From Candidatus Kapaibacterium sp. (GTDB lineage Bacteria; Bacteroidota; Ignavibacteria; Kapaibacteriales; UBA2268), in the NCBI GenBank assembly GCA_963664875.1, contig OY761611.1:1216001-1280000 (forward strand): DNA of 64,000 nt, written 5' to 3'. The first letter of the stretch is position 1. Every line of letters starts with the position of its first letter. The notes under the pieces were generated by a model that searched no databases, was not told the origin of the DNA, and worked only from the letters and a program-made list of their open reading frames with translations. Below, piece by piece: positions 39,905 to 48,130 of this stretch. The position numbers and the translations under genes are program-made.

Positions 39905-40918
39905 TTATTCAGTTACTTTGGGATATTCATAAGATTCTTTAGATTCATCCCAAACAGTAAGTTTACCTGCAACCATTTTGTCGTAAATCATTGCATTTGC
40001 ACCATAAAGAAGTGATTTTGCATTATAACCTAATACCTGAAGGTATGCTGCTATATAAGCACTTGTTTGGCCAGTGTAGCAATAAACAACAACTTCTTTA
40101 TCTGTAGGTAATGTTTTCAAATCGTTGGAGAACATCAAGCTTTCGCCCGGTGTATATTGAATAGCACCTGCAACGTGTCCCGGATCAGTATAATGTGCCA
40201 ATGACCAATAATTTACGATATAGTATTTTGACAAATCAAGGTATAGATTAGCATTCGTAATTTTGGCAACATCGAAGCCTGCAGCTAAAGCAGCTTCTAC
40301 TCTTGCTCTAAGAATTTCAGGACCGGTTTTTTTGCCTGTATTCAAAGTAGGAAGTTTGCCTGCAGCAGCTTTTGGAGTTTCTGTGCTTGTGAAATCTTCG
40401 GCTCTTGAGTTTCCGATGTTTTTGTTCCAAACGTTAACTGCATTTTCTTTATTCCAAGAAGACATACCCCATTTCAAAGAAGAAACTTTTGTGTGTCCCA
40501 TCATTCTCAATAAGGATGCACCATAAGCAGCAGTTTGACCTGAGTAACATACAATTACGATATCAGTATATTGTGATTCGTCTAAGCCTTCAACATGTGT
40601 AAGAAGATTTGCCAACGTTACATTATGTGCACCTTCAATGTGACCGCTTTTGAAGTCAGCTTCATTTCTGATGTCAATTAAATATTGTTTGCCGGGATTT
40701 GTTGACATATCTGTATAAAGAGCTGAAGCACCTTTTACTACCGGGAACTTCAAATTGAGAGTTTCGAGATACTCTGCCAATACCTGTGACTCATTGATAG
40801 TAACAGGATTAGTAGGTGTATCTTCGTCATCATCACTACAAGCTGTGAATGACAAACCTAATGCTAATAACATTAGCATAAATAGGTAATTAGAACGTTT
40901 TAGCATTTCTTTAAACAT
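39905..40918 (-). CDS. Tandem rhodanese-domain (sulfurtransferase) lipoprotein
   Basis: Lipobox FTA-C-SDDDED. Two rhodanese domains (IDIR...GHIEGA and GHVAGA), each with an active-site loop (CYSGQT, CYTGQT). GGAGG RBS. Confidence 0.9.
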   Translation of the reverse strand: MFKEMLKRSNYLFMLMLLALGLSFTACSDDDEDTPTNPVTINESQVLAEYLETLNLKFPVVKGASALYTDMSTNPGKQYLIDIRNEADFKSGHIEGAHNVTLANLLTHVEGLDESQYTDIVIVCYSGQTAAYGASLLRMMGHTKVSSLKWGMSSWNKENAVNVWNKNIGNSRAEDFTSTETPKAAAGKLPTLNTGKKTGPEILRARVEAALAAGFDVAKITNANLYLDLSKYYIVNYWSLAHYTDPGHVAGAIQYTPGESLMFSNDLKTLPTDKEVVVYCYTGQTSAYIAAYLQVLGYNAKSLLYGANAMIYDKMVAGKLTVWDESKESYEYPKVTE

Positions 40919-40960
40919 AGGACCTCCTAAAAGAAAATATATAAAAATATTTGAAAATTA

Positions 40961-42316
40961 CTATTTAACACCCCACGAAGCAGGCAATTTATCATCAACG
41001 GCAACGTGTTCGGTTGATTTCAATTCCCAATCTTCTTTCAAATCAGATTTGAACAAATACAAATCTTTGTTTCTGAGGCTGTCGCCTTCTTTTATAATAT
41101 GGCACGCATCATAACATGGTTTACCATCAGCAGGTGAACACTGTGCTGTTACTGTTCTGATATTATGAGGCGATGTATAATTATAAATTGGGAAAGCATC
41201 AAAATTAGCAAGTTTAGATTCACCATATTCTTTCCAGCTGTCAGGAGCCATAAGACTTCTTCTTACTAGAACCATTTTGCCCGGTCTGACATCTTGAATC
41301 GGATTGACACCTATTTTGTAGTCAAGATATGAAGGAACTCTTGCACCTTCACCATGAATGTGGCAGCTTCCGCAATTGTTATATGGTTGCGAGTGGCAAA
41401 CATAACAATTCAAATCATTGATATGCATCGAATGGTATTTATTTGCCTTTTCGAGACTACCATGGCAATCTGTACACTGAGGCAAATTAGGATCGTTGTA
41501 ACGGGTTTCATATTTGTTGCCGTCGCCGTGCATTTCTTGAGTGCCATGACATGCAAGACAATCAAATTTCATTTTTTCGAAGTGGATATCAACTTTTGTT
41601 CCCGGTGCCATTCCAAGATATGCGTGACCGCCTCGGCTTGAGTGACAAGCAACACAAGTATTAGTCATATCCGGTTTTCTGACGAAATTGTGTCCGTCTA
41701 TCAAACCGCCACCACCGGCAGGTGGTCTATTTATGTGACATTCGCCGCAGGTACCGTGGCATCTGGCACAGTTGAAATCATAACCGTGTTTCAGGTCATC
41801 AGGAAGCTGGTCAAACTCATGAGAGCCTGCAAGCCCGTATCTTGTTGTTACTTTTCTTTTTTGTCCCCACCCATTAACATGGATGCTGGTTAGAGCATTG
41901 TGCGATTTTGTAGGGTGGCACTCAGCACACTTATCCATAGCAACGTGTGAAGGAGCGCTAATAAAGTCACCAGAGTGAGCTTTAACCTTGTCATTTGTGC
42001 CTTCAACACCATTATGGCAATAAGTACAACCAAGTTTGTAGTGCTTAGATTGTTTGAATTTTTGATAACCCGAACCTCCAAGATAAACTCTGTCATAAGG
42101 TTCGATATGAACAACATCGCCGCTACAACCTCCTGCAACCTCTCCGGTATCAGGTGAATACACTGCTTTTAGCAATTCATAGTCTGCGTGGCAGCTTTCG
42201 CAGGTGCTGAGCACTTCAGTTTTGTCGATTGGTGTAGTATCTTCGTCATCGCTACAAGCTGAAATGACAGAAAGAGATACACTAATCAGTAATAAGAATA
42301 ATAGCCTTTTTTTCAT
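40961..42316 (-). CDS. Multiheme c-type cytochrome lipoprotein (10 CxxCH + 1 CxxxCH)
   Basis: Lipobox ISA-C-SDDED. Motifs CESCH, CTYCH, CAECH, CARCH, CGECH, CVACH, CLACH, CTDCH, CYVCH, CGSCH and CYDACH. Confidence 0.93.
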   Translation of the reverse strand: MKKRLLFLLLISVSLSVISACSDDEDTTPIDKTEVLSTCESCHADYELLKAVYSPDTGEVAGGCSGDVVHIEPYDRVYLGGSGYQKFKQSKHYKLGCTYCHNGVEGTNDKVKAHSGDFISAPSHVAMDKCAECHPTKSHNALTSIHVNGWGQKRKVTTRYGLAGSHEFDQLPDDLKHGYDFNCARCHGTCGECHINRPPAGGGGLIDGHNFVRKPDMTNTCVACHSSRGGHAYLGMAPGTKVDIHFEKMKFDCLACHGTQEMHGDGNKYETRYNDPNLPQCTDCHGSLEKANKYHSMHINDLNCYVCHSQPYNNCGSCHIHGEGARVPSYLDYKIGVNPIQDVRPGKMVLVRRSLMAPDSWKEYGESKLANFDAFPIYNYTSPHNIRTVTAQCSPADGKPCYDACHIIKEGDSLRNKDLYLFKSDLKEDWELKSTEHVAVDDKLPASWGVK

Positions 42317-42347
42317 GGCGTACTCCAATATATATTACCCATGTGAA

Positions 42348-44456
42348 TTATTTCGGGTTATGACAATCTGAGCAATATTGATTCAAAATATCTTTATCCA
42401 AACCGCCAGGGTGAATAAATGTGTTTGCATTTAAACTATCCGCCAAAGGTTTTCCGGCAACAAGTTTGGTAGTAATAGTATGGCATAAATTGCAATCATT
42501 GCTCAAAACCTCTCCTGCTTTATTCACGTGATTACCGTCATGGCATCTGAAACACCCTTTGCTGTATAGGTGCGATTCGTGATTAGCATAAACTTTCCAA
42601 TTTGCATTCATCTCAGGGAAATAGTTTTTGAGGTAAATTGCATTCAATTCAATTATAGCCAGATTTAATTCATCTCGCATATCTATAGGAACGTTTGGAT
42701 AATTCTCTTTATAATATTTAGTCAAAGCATTTTTGATTTCCTCAATCGAATTTTCTCTTGATTTCAAAGATTCTAATACTCTAACGCCAATTTTTTTGAT
42801 ATTCGGCAATTTTGAATTTATTTTGTCATAAGCCATATAGGCATTTATTGTCTGATATGGGTCGTTATAAACATGCGACGGCCTATTGTGGCAGTCTATA
42901 CAGTCAAATTTCTTAAATTGAGCAGTTGGTGATATTTGCTTGCCTGTCAATCTATAGACTGTTTCTTTTCCGTCAGTTTTTGATATAGCTTTTACTAAAG
43001 GAATCGCATCATCCGGGTTATCTGGTTCGATATAAAGAATATCTTTGCTTATTCCCATGTGATAGTGAATGCCGGAACTGATACCGATTTCTCTGTTACC
43101 ACCACCTACTTTCATAGTTAGTGTGATACTATAGTGAGTATTTTCTTCGTCAGAGAGGAAATAATCACGCTTGAAAGATTTTTGTTCGTAATATTTTTCT
43201 TCCCAGTGGCATTTTTTACATGCTTCGGGAGACGGTCTCAAATATGTTGTAGGAGCTCCTAATGGCTTTTCATAACTGTCAGTAATGGTCATATATACCT
43301 GTGGCAAGCCGCTAAGTCTGTTTTGATCCCAAAACGAACTTTTTTCAGTGAAGTGGCAATCCACACATGCAATCTTAGAGTGCGGAGAAGATGCGTAAGT
43401 AACACTCACGGGTTCCATAACTTCGTGGCAGGCTTCCATACAAAAGCTGTTAGATTCTGTATATTCGTAGGCTTTCCTGCTACCGTAAATAGTAGTAATA
43501 ACAATAGTAAATGACACAACAGAAATGAGAAAGAAAAATAGCTGATGTTTTGCTCTGTTAAAGTCTAACAGAGGCAATCTGCGTTCTATATTTTTTTGTT
43601 TGTTTCTGTTTTCGTTTAGCCAACCAATCAGGATTACTATCAATCCCAAGAATAGAACCGAAGGAATGATAATGTAAGTAATCAGCCTTGTATAAGGATT
43701 GTTTGTCCCTACTAAAAACTCAAAAATTAAGAGTAGAACTATAAACACTAAGCTGAGCATAGTAATAAATGCACCGGATAGGGAGATTGGATTAGTAAGT
43801 AAGCTTGGTAATTTATCTTCATGTTCTTCTTCGTGATGATCTTCGTGTACTACGTGATAACCTGTAAACATAGCTATAAAGTGTTCGGAAGGAGTATTAC
43901 CTGTCGTTGCAAGATAGATATGAACAAACATAAATATCGTTAGGAAAAATCCCATTACAGTGTGTAGCATTGCCATAGGCCATACACCACCCATTCCGAA
44001 TATCTCATCAGGAGCCAGCTCCGGAAACATTAGAAACCAACCGGAAGCAATAATTACAGGAAATCCTATAAATACTATAAAGAAATAAGCCATCTGCTGC
44101 ATAGGATTAAACTTTTCTTTTTCACTAGCATGATAAGGATGCGGTTCGCCGAGGAAAATACCAAAAGTGTAAAACCTTGCCTGCTTTATAGAGCGAGTAA
44201 TAAAATTTCTCAAAGATGGCAAATAGTGCTTTATATTGCCGGAACTTATGTTTAAGATAAAATAAAAAAGATATAGAAAAGATAAGGCTATACCAGAAGT
44301 ATTGTGAGCAATCATAGCCACTTCGAAAGAAAAAAGAAAATCTCCGCTGCCGGCATAGTGCAAACTCATACCTGAAACGATAAGCACTACAAAGATTAGT
44401 GCGTTTAGCCAATGCCAAAGTCTGAGCCAAATCGGATATAAATATAACTTTTTCAT
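42348..44456 (-). CDS. Fusion protein: di-heme cytochrome b (CbcB/PhsC-like) + ImcH-like NapC/NirT heptaheme cytochrome
   Basis: N-terminal RLWHWLNA...SLHY, AHN, FNPMQQ, LHT and HIYLATTG cytochrome b motifs. His/Glu linker, three TM helices, then YTESNSFCMEACHEVM, CVDCH, CKKCHW, GIHYH, CIDCHNRPSH, GCFRCHDG, CNLCH and CSDCH. Confidence 0.88.
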   Translation of the reverse strand: MKKLYLYPIWLRLWHWLNALIFVVLIVSGMSLHYAGSGDFLFSFEVAMIAHNTSGIALSFLYLFYFILNISSGNIKHYLPSLRNFITRSIKQARFYTFGIFLGEPHPYHASEKEKFNPMQQMAYFFIVFIGFPVIIASGWFLMFPELAPDEIFGMGGVWPMAMLHTVMGFFLTIFMFVHIYLATTGNTPSEHFIAMFTGYHVVHEDHHEEEHEDKLPSLLTNPISLSGAFITMLSLVFIVLLLIFEFLVGTNNPYTRLITYIIIPSVLFLGLIVILIGWLNENRNKQKNIERRLPLLDFNRAKHQLFFFLISVVSFTIVITTIYGSRKAYEYTESNSFCMEACHEVMEPVSVTYASSPHSKIACVDCHFTEKSSFWDQNRLSGLPQVYMTITDSYEKPLGAPTTYLRPSPEACKKCHWEEKYYEQKSFKRDYFLSDEENTHYSITLTMKVGGGNREIGISSGIHYHMGISKDILYIEPDNPDDAIPLVKAISKTDGKETVYRLTGKQISPTAQFKKFDCIDCHNRPSHVYNDPYQTINAYMAYDKINSKLPNIKKIGVRVLESLKSRENSIEEIKNALTKYYKENYPNVPIDMRDELNLAIIELNAIYLKNYFPEMNANWKVYANHESHLYSKGCFRCHDGNHVNKAGEVLSNDCNLCHTITTKLVAGKPLADSLNANTFIHPGGLDKDILNQYCSDCHNPK

Positions 44457-44457
44457 C

Positions 44458-45909
44458 TTATTTTCTTCCTGAACGTTTGAAATACCATCTTAAAAAGCTG
44501 TGAAGAACCAAAAATACAGCAGTAATGCTTAGAAGCATAATAAAGCCGGTATCTAAGATTGCATTCCTTGTGGTCCCTACAACATAAGCGTCGCTTAAAA
44601 TTGTACCGTTTATAAAACCAAATTTTTCTCTTGATTTTTCTTTTTCGTGTTTATATAGCTTTGTCATCAATATTGAATTTTTTGAGTGACACTCTTCGCA
44701 CTTTTGTACAGTTTTTTCAGGGGGTAAAATGTCGTGAGACATGTGCGGTTGCGAAAAAGATGAGTGACAGTCTGTGCATCTGACAGTCTCCCAGTGTATG
44801 GACATTTTAGGGAGCCATTCGTGAGCTTCCTGCACTGTACTTACATCATATTTATCCATCATTGCTTTGTCAACGTGGCAGACCACACAATACACCATCT
44901 GATTTTCGATAAATGTTGTTTTATTTATATGATTAGCAGTGAAAACAGATGCCTTGATGTCCGGAATTTTTGCTATATCATGTTCACCATGGCAAAATGT
45001 ACAAGCCGGCGAATCCGGATTGCCTTTAGCGAGTGCTTTGCCGTGTATGCTCATTTCATATTCGTGAGCAACTGAGATATGGCATTTACCACATACTTTA
45101 GATATTTTTGACTTATGAACTGTCGAATTTGGAGAAGAAGATTTTTGCAAATCATGAGTACCGTGGCAATCAATACATGTAGCTGCATTTTGATTGCCTG
45201 ACATCAACTGGCTACCATGCACACTTTTTTCGTAATTCACTAAGGATTTTGAGTGTGATGTCTGATTTTCTGACTTGATATGGCAGCTGATGCAAAGCTT
45301 TTCCTGATTGATTTTCAGCTGCAAAGCATTTTTTTCACTTGCAGGCGTAATAGCACTTCTGTGGCACGAAATACATGTCGGAGACCTATGACTGTTTTCA
45401 ACAAATTTGTGCTCACTGGTATTATGCAATTTTACCACATCTTCATGGCAAGCACCACAGTAAGCTACAGATTTGGAAGCATGCATTGGTGATTCTTCAG
45501 ATTTTGGACTAACAACCTGATGAGTCCCGTGACAAGCCTTGCAATCATTTAGCTTAGCATAATCTTTGTGATTTTTATTTTGCATAGCCGCATGAAAAAG
45601 ATGTTTTTTAGCAGCATCTGTATGGCATGATGCACAATCGATTGGCTTTATATTTTCAGCATGCGGGACATCCTCTGCATTGAAGCCTTTGTGGCAATCA
45701 ACACATTTTAACTTACTATGCGGAGAATTAGCCAAATCAGCAGCTTTCACATAAAGCGAAATCTCTTTGCCATTTTTCTCCATAGAAATGTCTTTATCCG
45801 AGTGACATTCCATACATAGTTCTTCAGCAGAAGCAGATAGTCCCAAGCCGACAACTAAAATCAGGGCTGTAAACATCAGGAGAAAATAATTTTTCATGAC
45901 ATCATCCAT
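44458..45909 (-). CDS. 13-heme periplasmic cytochrome c with C-terminal membrane anchor (CbcA-like)
   Basis: Signal peptide, 13 CxxCH motifs and C-terminal YVVGTTRNAILD-TM-LHSFLR. Stop lies 1 nt before the cytochrome b fusion start. Start may be 45897. Confidence 0.9.
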   Translation of the reverse strand: MDDVMKNYFLLMFTALILVVGLGLSASAEELCMECHSDKDISMEKNGKEISLYVKAADLANSPHSKLKCVDCHKGFNAEDVPHAENIKPIDCASCHTDAAKKHLFHAAMQNKNHKDYAKLNDCKACHGTHQVVSPKSEESPMHASKSVAYCGACHEDVVKLHNTSEHKFVENSHRSPTCISCHRSAITPASEKNALQLKINQEKLCISCHIKSENQTSHSKSLVNYEKSVHGSQLMSGNQNAATCIDCHGTHDLQKSSSPNSTVHKSKISKVCGKCHISVAHEYEMSIHGKALAKGNPDSPACTFCHGEHDIAKIPDIKASVFTANHINKTTFIENQMVYCVVCHVDKAMMDKYDVSTVQEAHEWLPKMSIHWETVRCTDCHSSFSQPHMSHDILPPEKTVQKCEECHSKNSILMTKLYKHEKEKSREKFGFINGTILSDAYVVGTTRNAILDTGFIMLLSITAVFLVLHSFLRWYFKRSGRK

Positions 45910-46031
45910 CGGATATAATTAAATATGAAGATAAGATATACAACTTGTAAAAATCCTACAATTATATCTTTGTAATTTTGATAAAATAAGCCCCCTTAAA
46001 TATATTTTTAGTTTTACCTAATAGAAATAAA

Positions 46032-46045
46032 TTGCTACATATCAA
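46032..46045. promoter_or_regulatory. Candidate FNR/Crp-family binding site
   Basis: TTGCT-ACAT-ATCAA, a 9/10 match to TTGAT-N4-ATCAA, in the divergent promoter region of the cytochrome island. Confidence 0.4.
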
Positions 46046-46364
46046 TATATTGAAATATAAGACTCTTTAAGTCCGATATAAAGGGCTTTAAAGAATTATT
46101 TTATTGGTATATAGTTGCCTCATACACTTTTAGTCTTGCCTAATAATTATCCGAAATATAACATGAGAAATTTTCAATTGCAGATAAAATTTTCTCAAAA
46201 TTTCTTATTTATATTTCGTATATTAAAATAGGATAGATTATATTGTGTTATGCTCTTACTGCTAATAGGCCATCAACGTCCTTATTATTTATAGAGCTTA
46301 ATAGAGGAATCTTTCCAAGATACAAATTGGTAATACAATTTTTATAATAACACAGGAGGTATTT

Positions 46365-46958
46365 ATGAAATTGAAAAAAGTGATTTTCGGATTTATCGCT
46401 GTTGCCACCATGGCAGGTGTTGTTTCTACAATATCGCTAACTTCGGTAACAAGCAAAGAAAGCCCTAAGTACATCGGTGCAGACAAATGTAAAATGTGCC
46501 ACAAAGGCGAAAAAAAAGGTGACCAGTTTAAAATATGGTCAGAAGGTGCACACGCAAAAGCTTATGCTACTTTGGCAAGTGCAGAATCTAAAGCTATCGC
46601 TGCAAAAATGGGAATAGCTGACCCTCAAAAAGCTCCTGAGTGTTTGAAATGCCACGTAACAGCCTACAATGTAGATGCTTCTCTCAAAGAAAAAACATTG
46701 AAATTAGAAGAAGGTGTTTCGTGCGAATCTTGCCACGGTCCCGGTTCTGAGTATAAAAATATGACTGTGATGAAAGACATTAGTTTAGGTAAAATCGATG
46801 GTGCTGACTTAGGCTTCAAACAGCAAACTGCAGAACTTTGCAAGCAGTGCCACAACGAAGAATCACCTACATACAAAGAATTCAAATTTGAAGAAAGAGT
46901 TAAAGAAATTGCACATCCGATGCCGGATGCTTATAAAAAGGAAAAAGGATATAAATAA
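46365..46958 (+). CDS. Tetraheme cytochrome c (cytochrome c554-like family)
   Basis: Signal peptide. YIGADKCKMCH, W..GAHAKAY.TL, CLKCH, EGVSCESCHGPGS.Y and CKQCHNEESP motifs. AGGAGG RBS. Confidence 0.9.
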   Translation: MKLKKVIFGFIAVATMAGVVSTISLTSVTSKESPKYIGADKCKMCHKGEKKGDQFKIWSEGAHAKAYATLASAESKAIAAKMGIADPQKAPECLKCHVTAYNVDASLKEKTLKLEEGVSCESCHGPGSEYKNMTVMKDISLGKIDGADLGFKQQTAELCKQCHNEESPTYKEFKFEERVKEIAHPMPDAYKKEKGYK

Positions 46959-47016
46959 GATATTGATTGTATGAAGCAATCATACTTTTTTTCCATAACT
47001 ATTTTTGGAGGTCATA

Positions 47017-48033
47017 GTGAAAAAAACTATCCAAATGCTTTCGATGCTACTTGTGCTGGTAGTATTGGGAGGAATGTTCTCAGCTTGCGAAGGTCCGGAA
47101 GGTCCGGAAGGTCCGGCTGGGAAAACAGGACAAAATGCTCTTGCAACATGTGACAATTGTCACGACGTTAGTACTGATTTGAAAGCAAGAATGCTTCAGT
47201 ACGCAAAATCTACTCACGCGTTAGGTGGTAACTTCGAAAGAAGTACTGCTGATTGTGCTCCATGTCACACTCACGAAGGTTTCGTAAATGTATTAGCAAC
47301 CGGCGAAACTGGTGATATTAGTAATCCAACTCCTCCGGGTTGCCGTACTTGTCATAATATTCATACTACTTATACAGTAGATGATTATGCATTGACTGCT
47401 ACAGCTCCTGTAGAATTAGCGGTGGGTAGCAAAACATTCGACAAAGGTAAAAGTAATTTGTGTGCAAATTGCCACCAATCACGTCCTTTCACTTTGCCTG
47501 AATTCAATGATTCAGAATTTTCTATCACAAGTTCTAGATTTGGTCCTCACCATGGTCCTCAATCTAATTTAATTATGGCTGCCGGTTTAGTTGAAATCCC
47601 TGGCAACGCATCATATCCATCTACAAACCCACATGCGGGTACTGGTGATGGTTGCGTTGATTGCCACATGGCAAATGCTTACGGCACTCAGGCAGGTGGA
47701 CATACAATGTCTGTTGCTTATGATTACCATGGAACAATTGAACCAAATACTGCTGGCTGTATTTCTTGTCACACTGACGAAACAGAACTTATTACTAAAC
47801 TTGAAGACTACAAAACAGAAATGGATGGTTTAATGACTCAAATTTCTGAAATATTAGTAGAAAAAGGTCTTTTGACTGCTACAGGAAGTGCAGTAGCAGG
47901 CAAAACAACAGGTAAATTAGCTTCTGCTCTTCTTAACTATAGAACTATAGCAATAGAAGATAGATCTTATGGTGTTCACAATCCGAAATATGTAAGAGCT
48001 CTACTCAAAAACACATTAGAGTCTCTACAGTAA
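47017..48033 (+). CDS. Hexaheme c-type cytochrome lipoprotein with short collagen-like tether
   Basis: GGAGG RBS with GTG start, lipobox FSA-C, then EGPEGPEGPAGKTG. Motifs CDNCH, CAPCH, CRTCH, CANCH, CVDCH, CISCH and a C-terminal GVHNPKY. Confidence 0.9.
   Translation: MKKTIQMLSMLLVLVVLGGMFSACEGPEGPEGPAGKTGQNALATCDNCHDVSTDLKARMLQYAKSTHALGGNFERSTADCAPCHTHEGFVNVLATGETGDISNPTPPGCRTCHNIHTTYTVDDYALTATAPVELAVGSKTFDKGKSNLCANCHQSRPFTLPEFNDSEFSITSSRFGPHHGPQSNLIMAAGLVEIPGNASYPSTNPHAGTGDGCVDCHMANAYGTQAGGHTMSVAYDYHGTIEPNTAGCISCHTDETELITKLEDYKTEMDGLMTQISEILVEKGLLTATGSAVAGKTTGKLASALLNYRTIAIEDRSYGVHNPKYVRALLKNTLESLQ
47089..47115 (+). repeat. Perfect 9-bp tandem repeat (GAAGGTCCG)x3
   Basis: Direct reading of the sequence. 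Encodes (EGP)3 immediately after the lipidated Cys. Confidence 0.9.
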
Positions 48034-48038
48034 CATAA

Positions 48039-48112
48039 ATGGTCTGCCCTCCGCTGCTAAGCCTAAAGGAGCACTTAGGCTTAGCACCCGGGGCAGTACC
48101 ATATTTTTTTTT
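48039..48112 (+). terminator. Long intra-operon stem-loop (terminator or mRNA stabiliser)
   Basis: ATGGT-CTGCCC...TGCTAAGCCTAA-loop-TTAGGCTTAGCA...GGGCAG-TACCAT followed by T9. Confidence 0.7.
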
Positions 48113-48130
48113 ATTCAGGAGCAAGCTATT

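Noticed and set aside
42348-44456. Cytochrome b as part of a hydrogenase, formate dehydrogenase or thiosulfate reductase operon
   Set aside because: No NiFe, molybdopterin or Fe-S subunit genes are adjacent. Its neighbours are c-type cytochromes.
46365-46958. c554-like cytochrome as evidence for hydroxylamine or ammonia oxidation
   Set aside because: No HAO or AMO genes are present. This tetraheme family is widespread, and the context points to a general periplasmic carrier.
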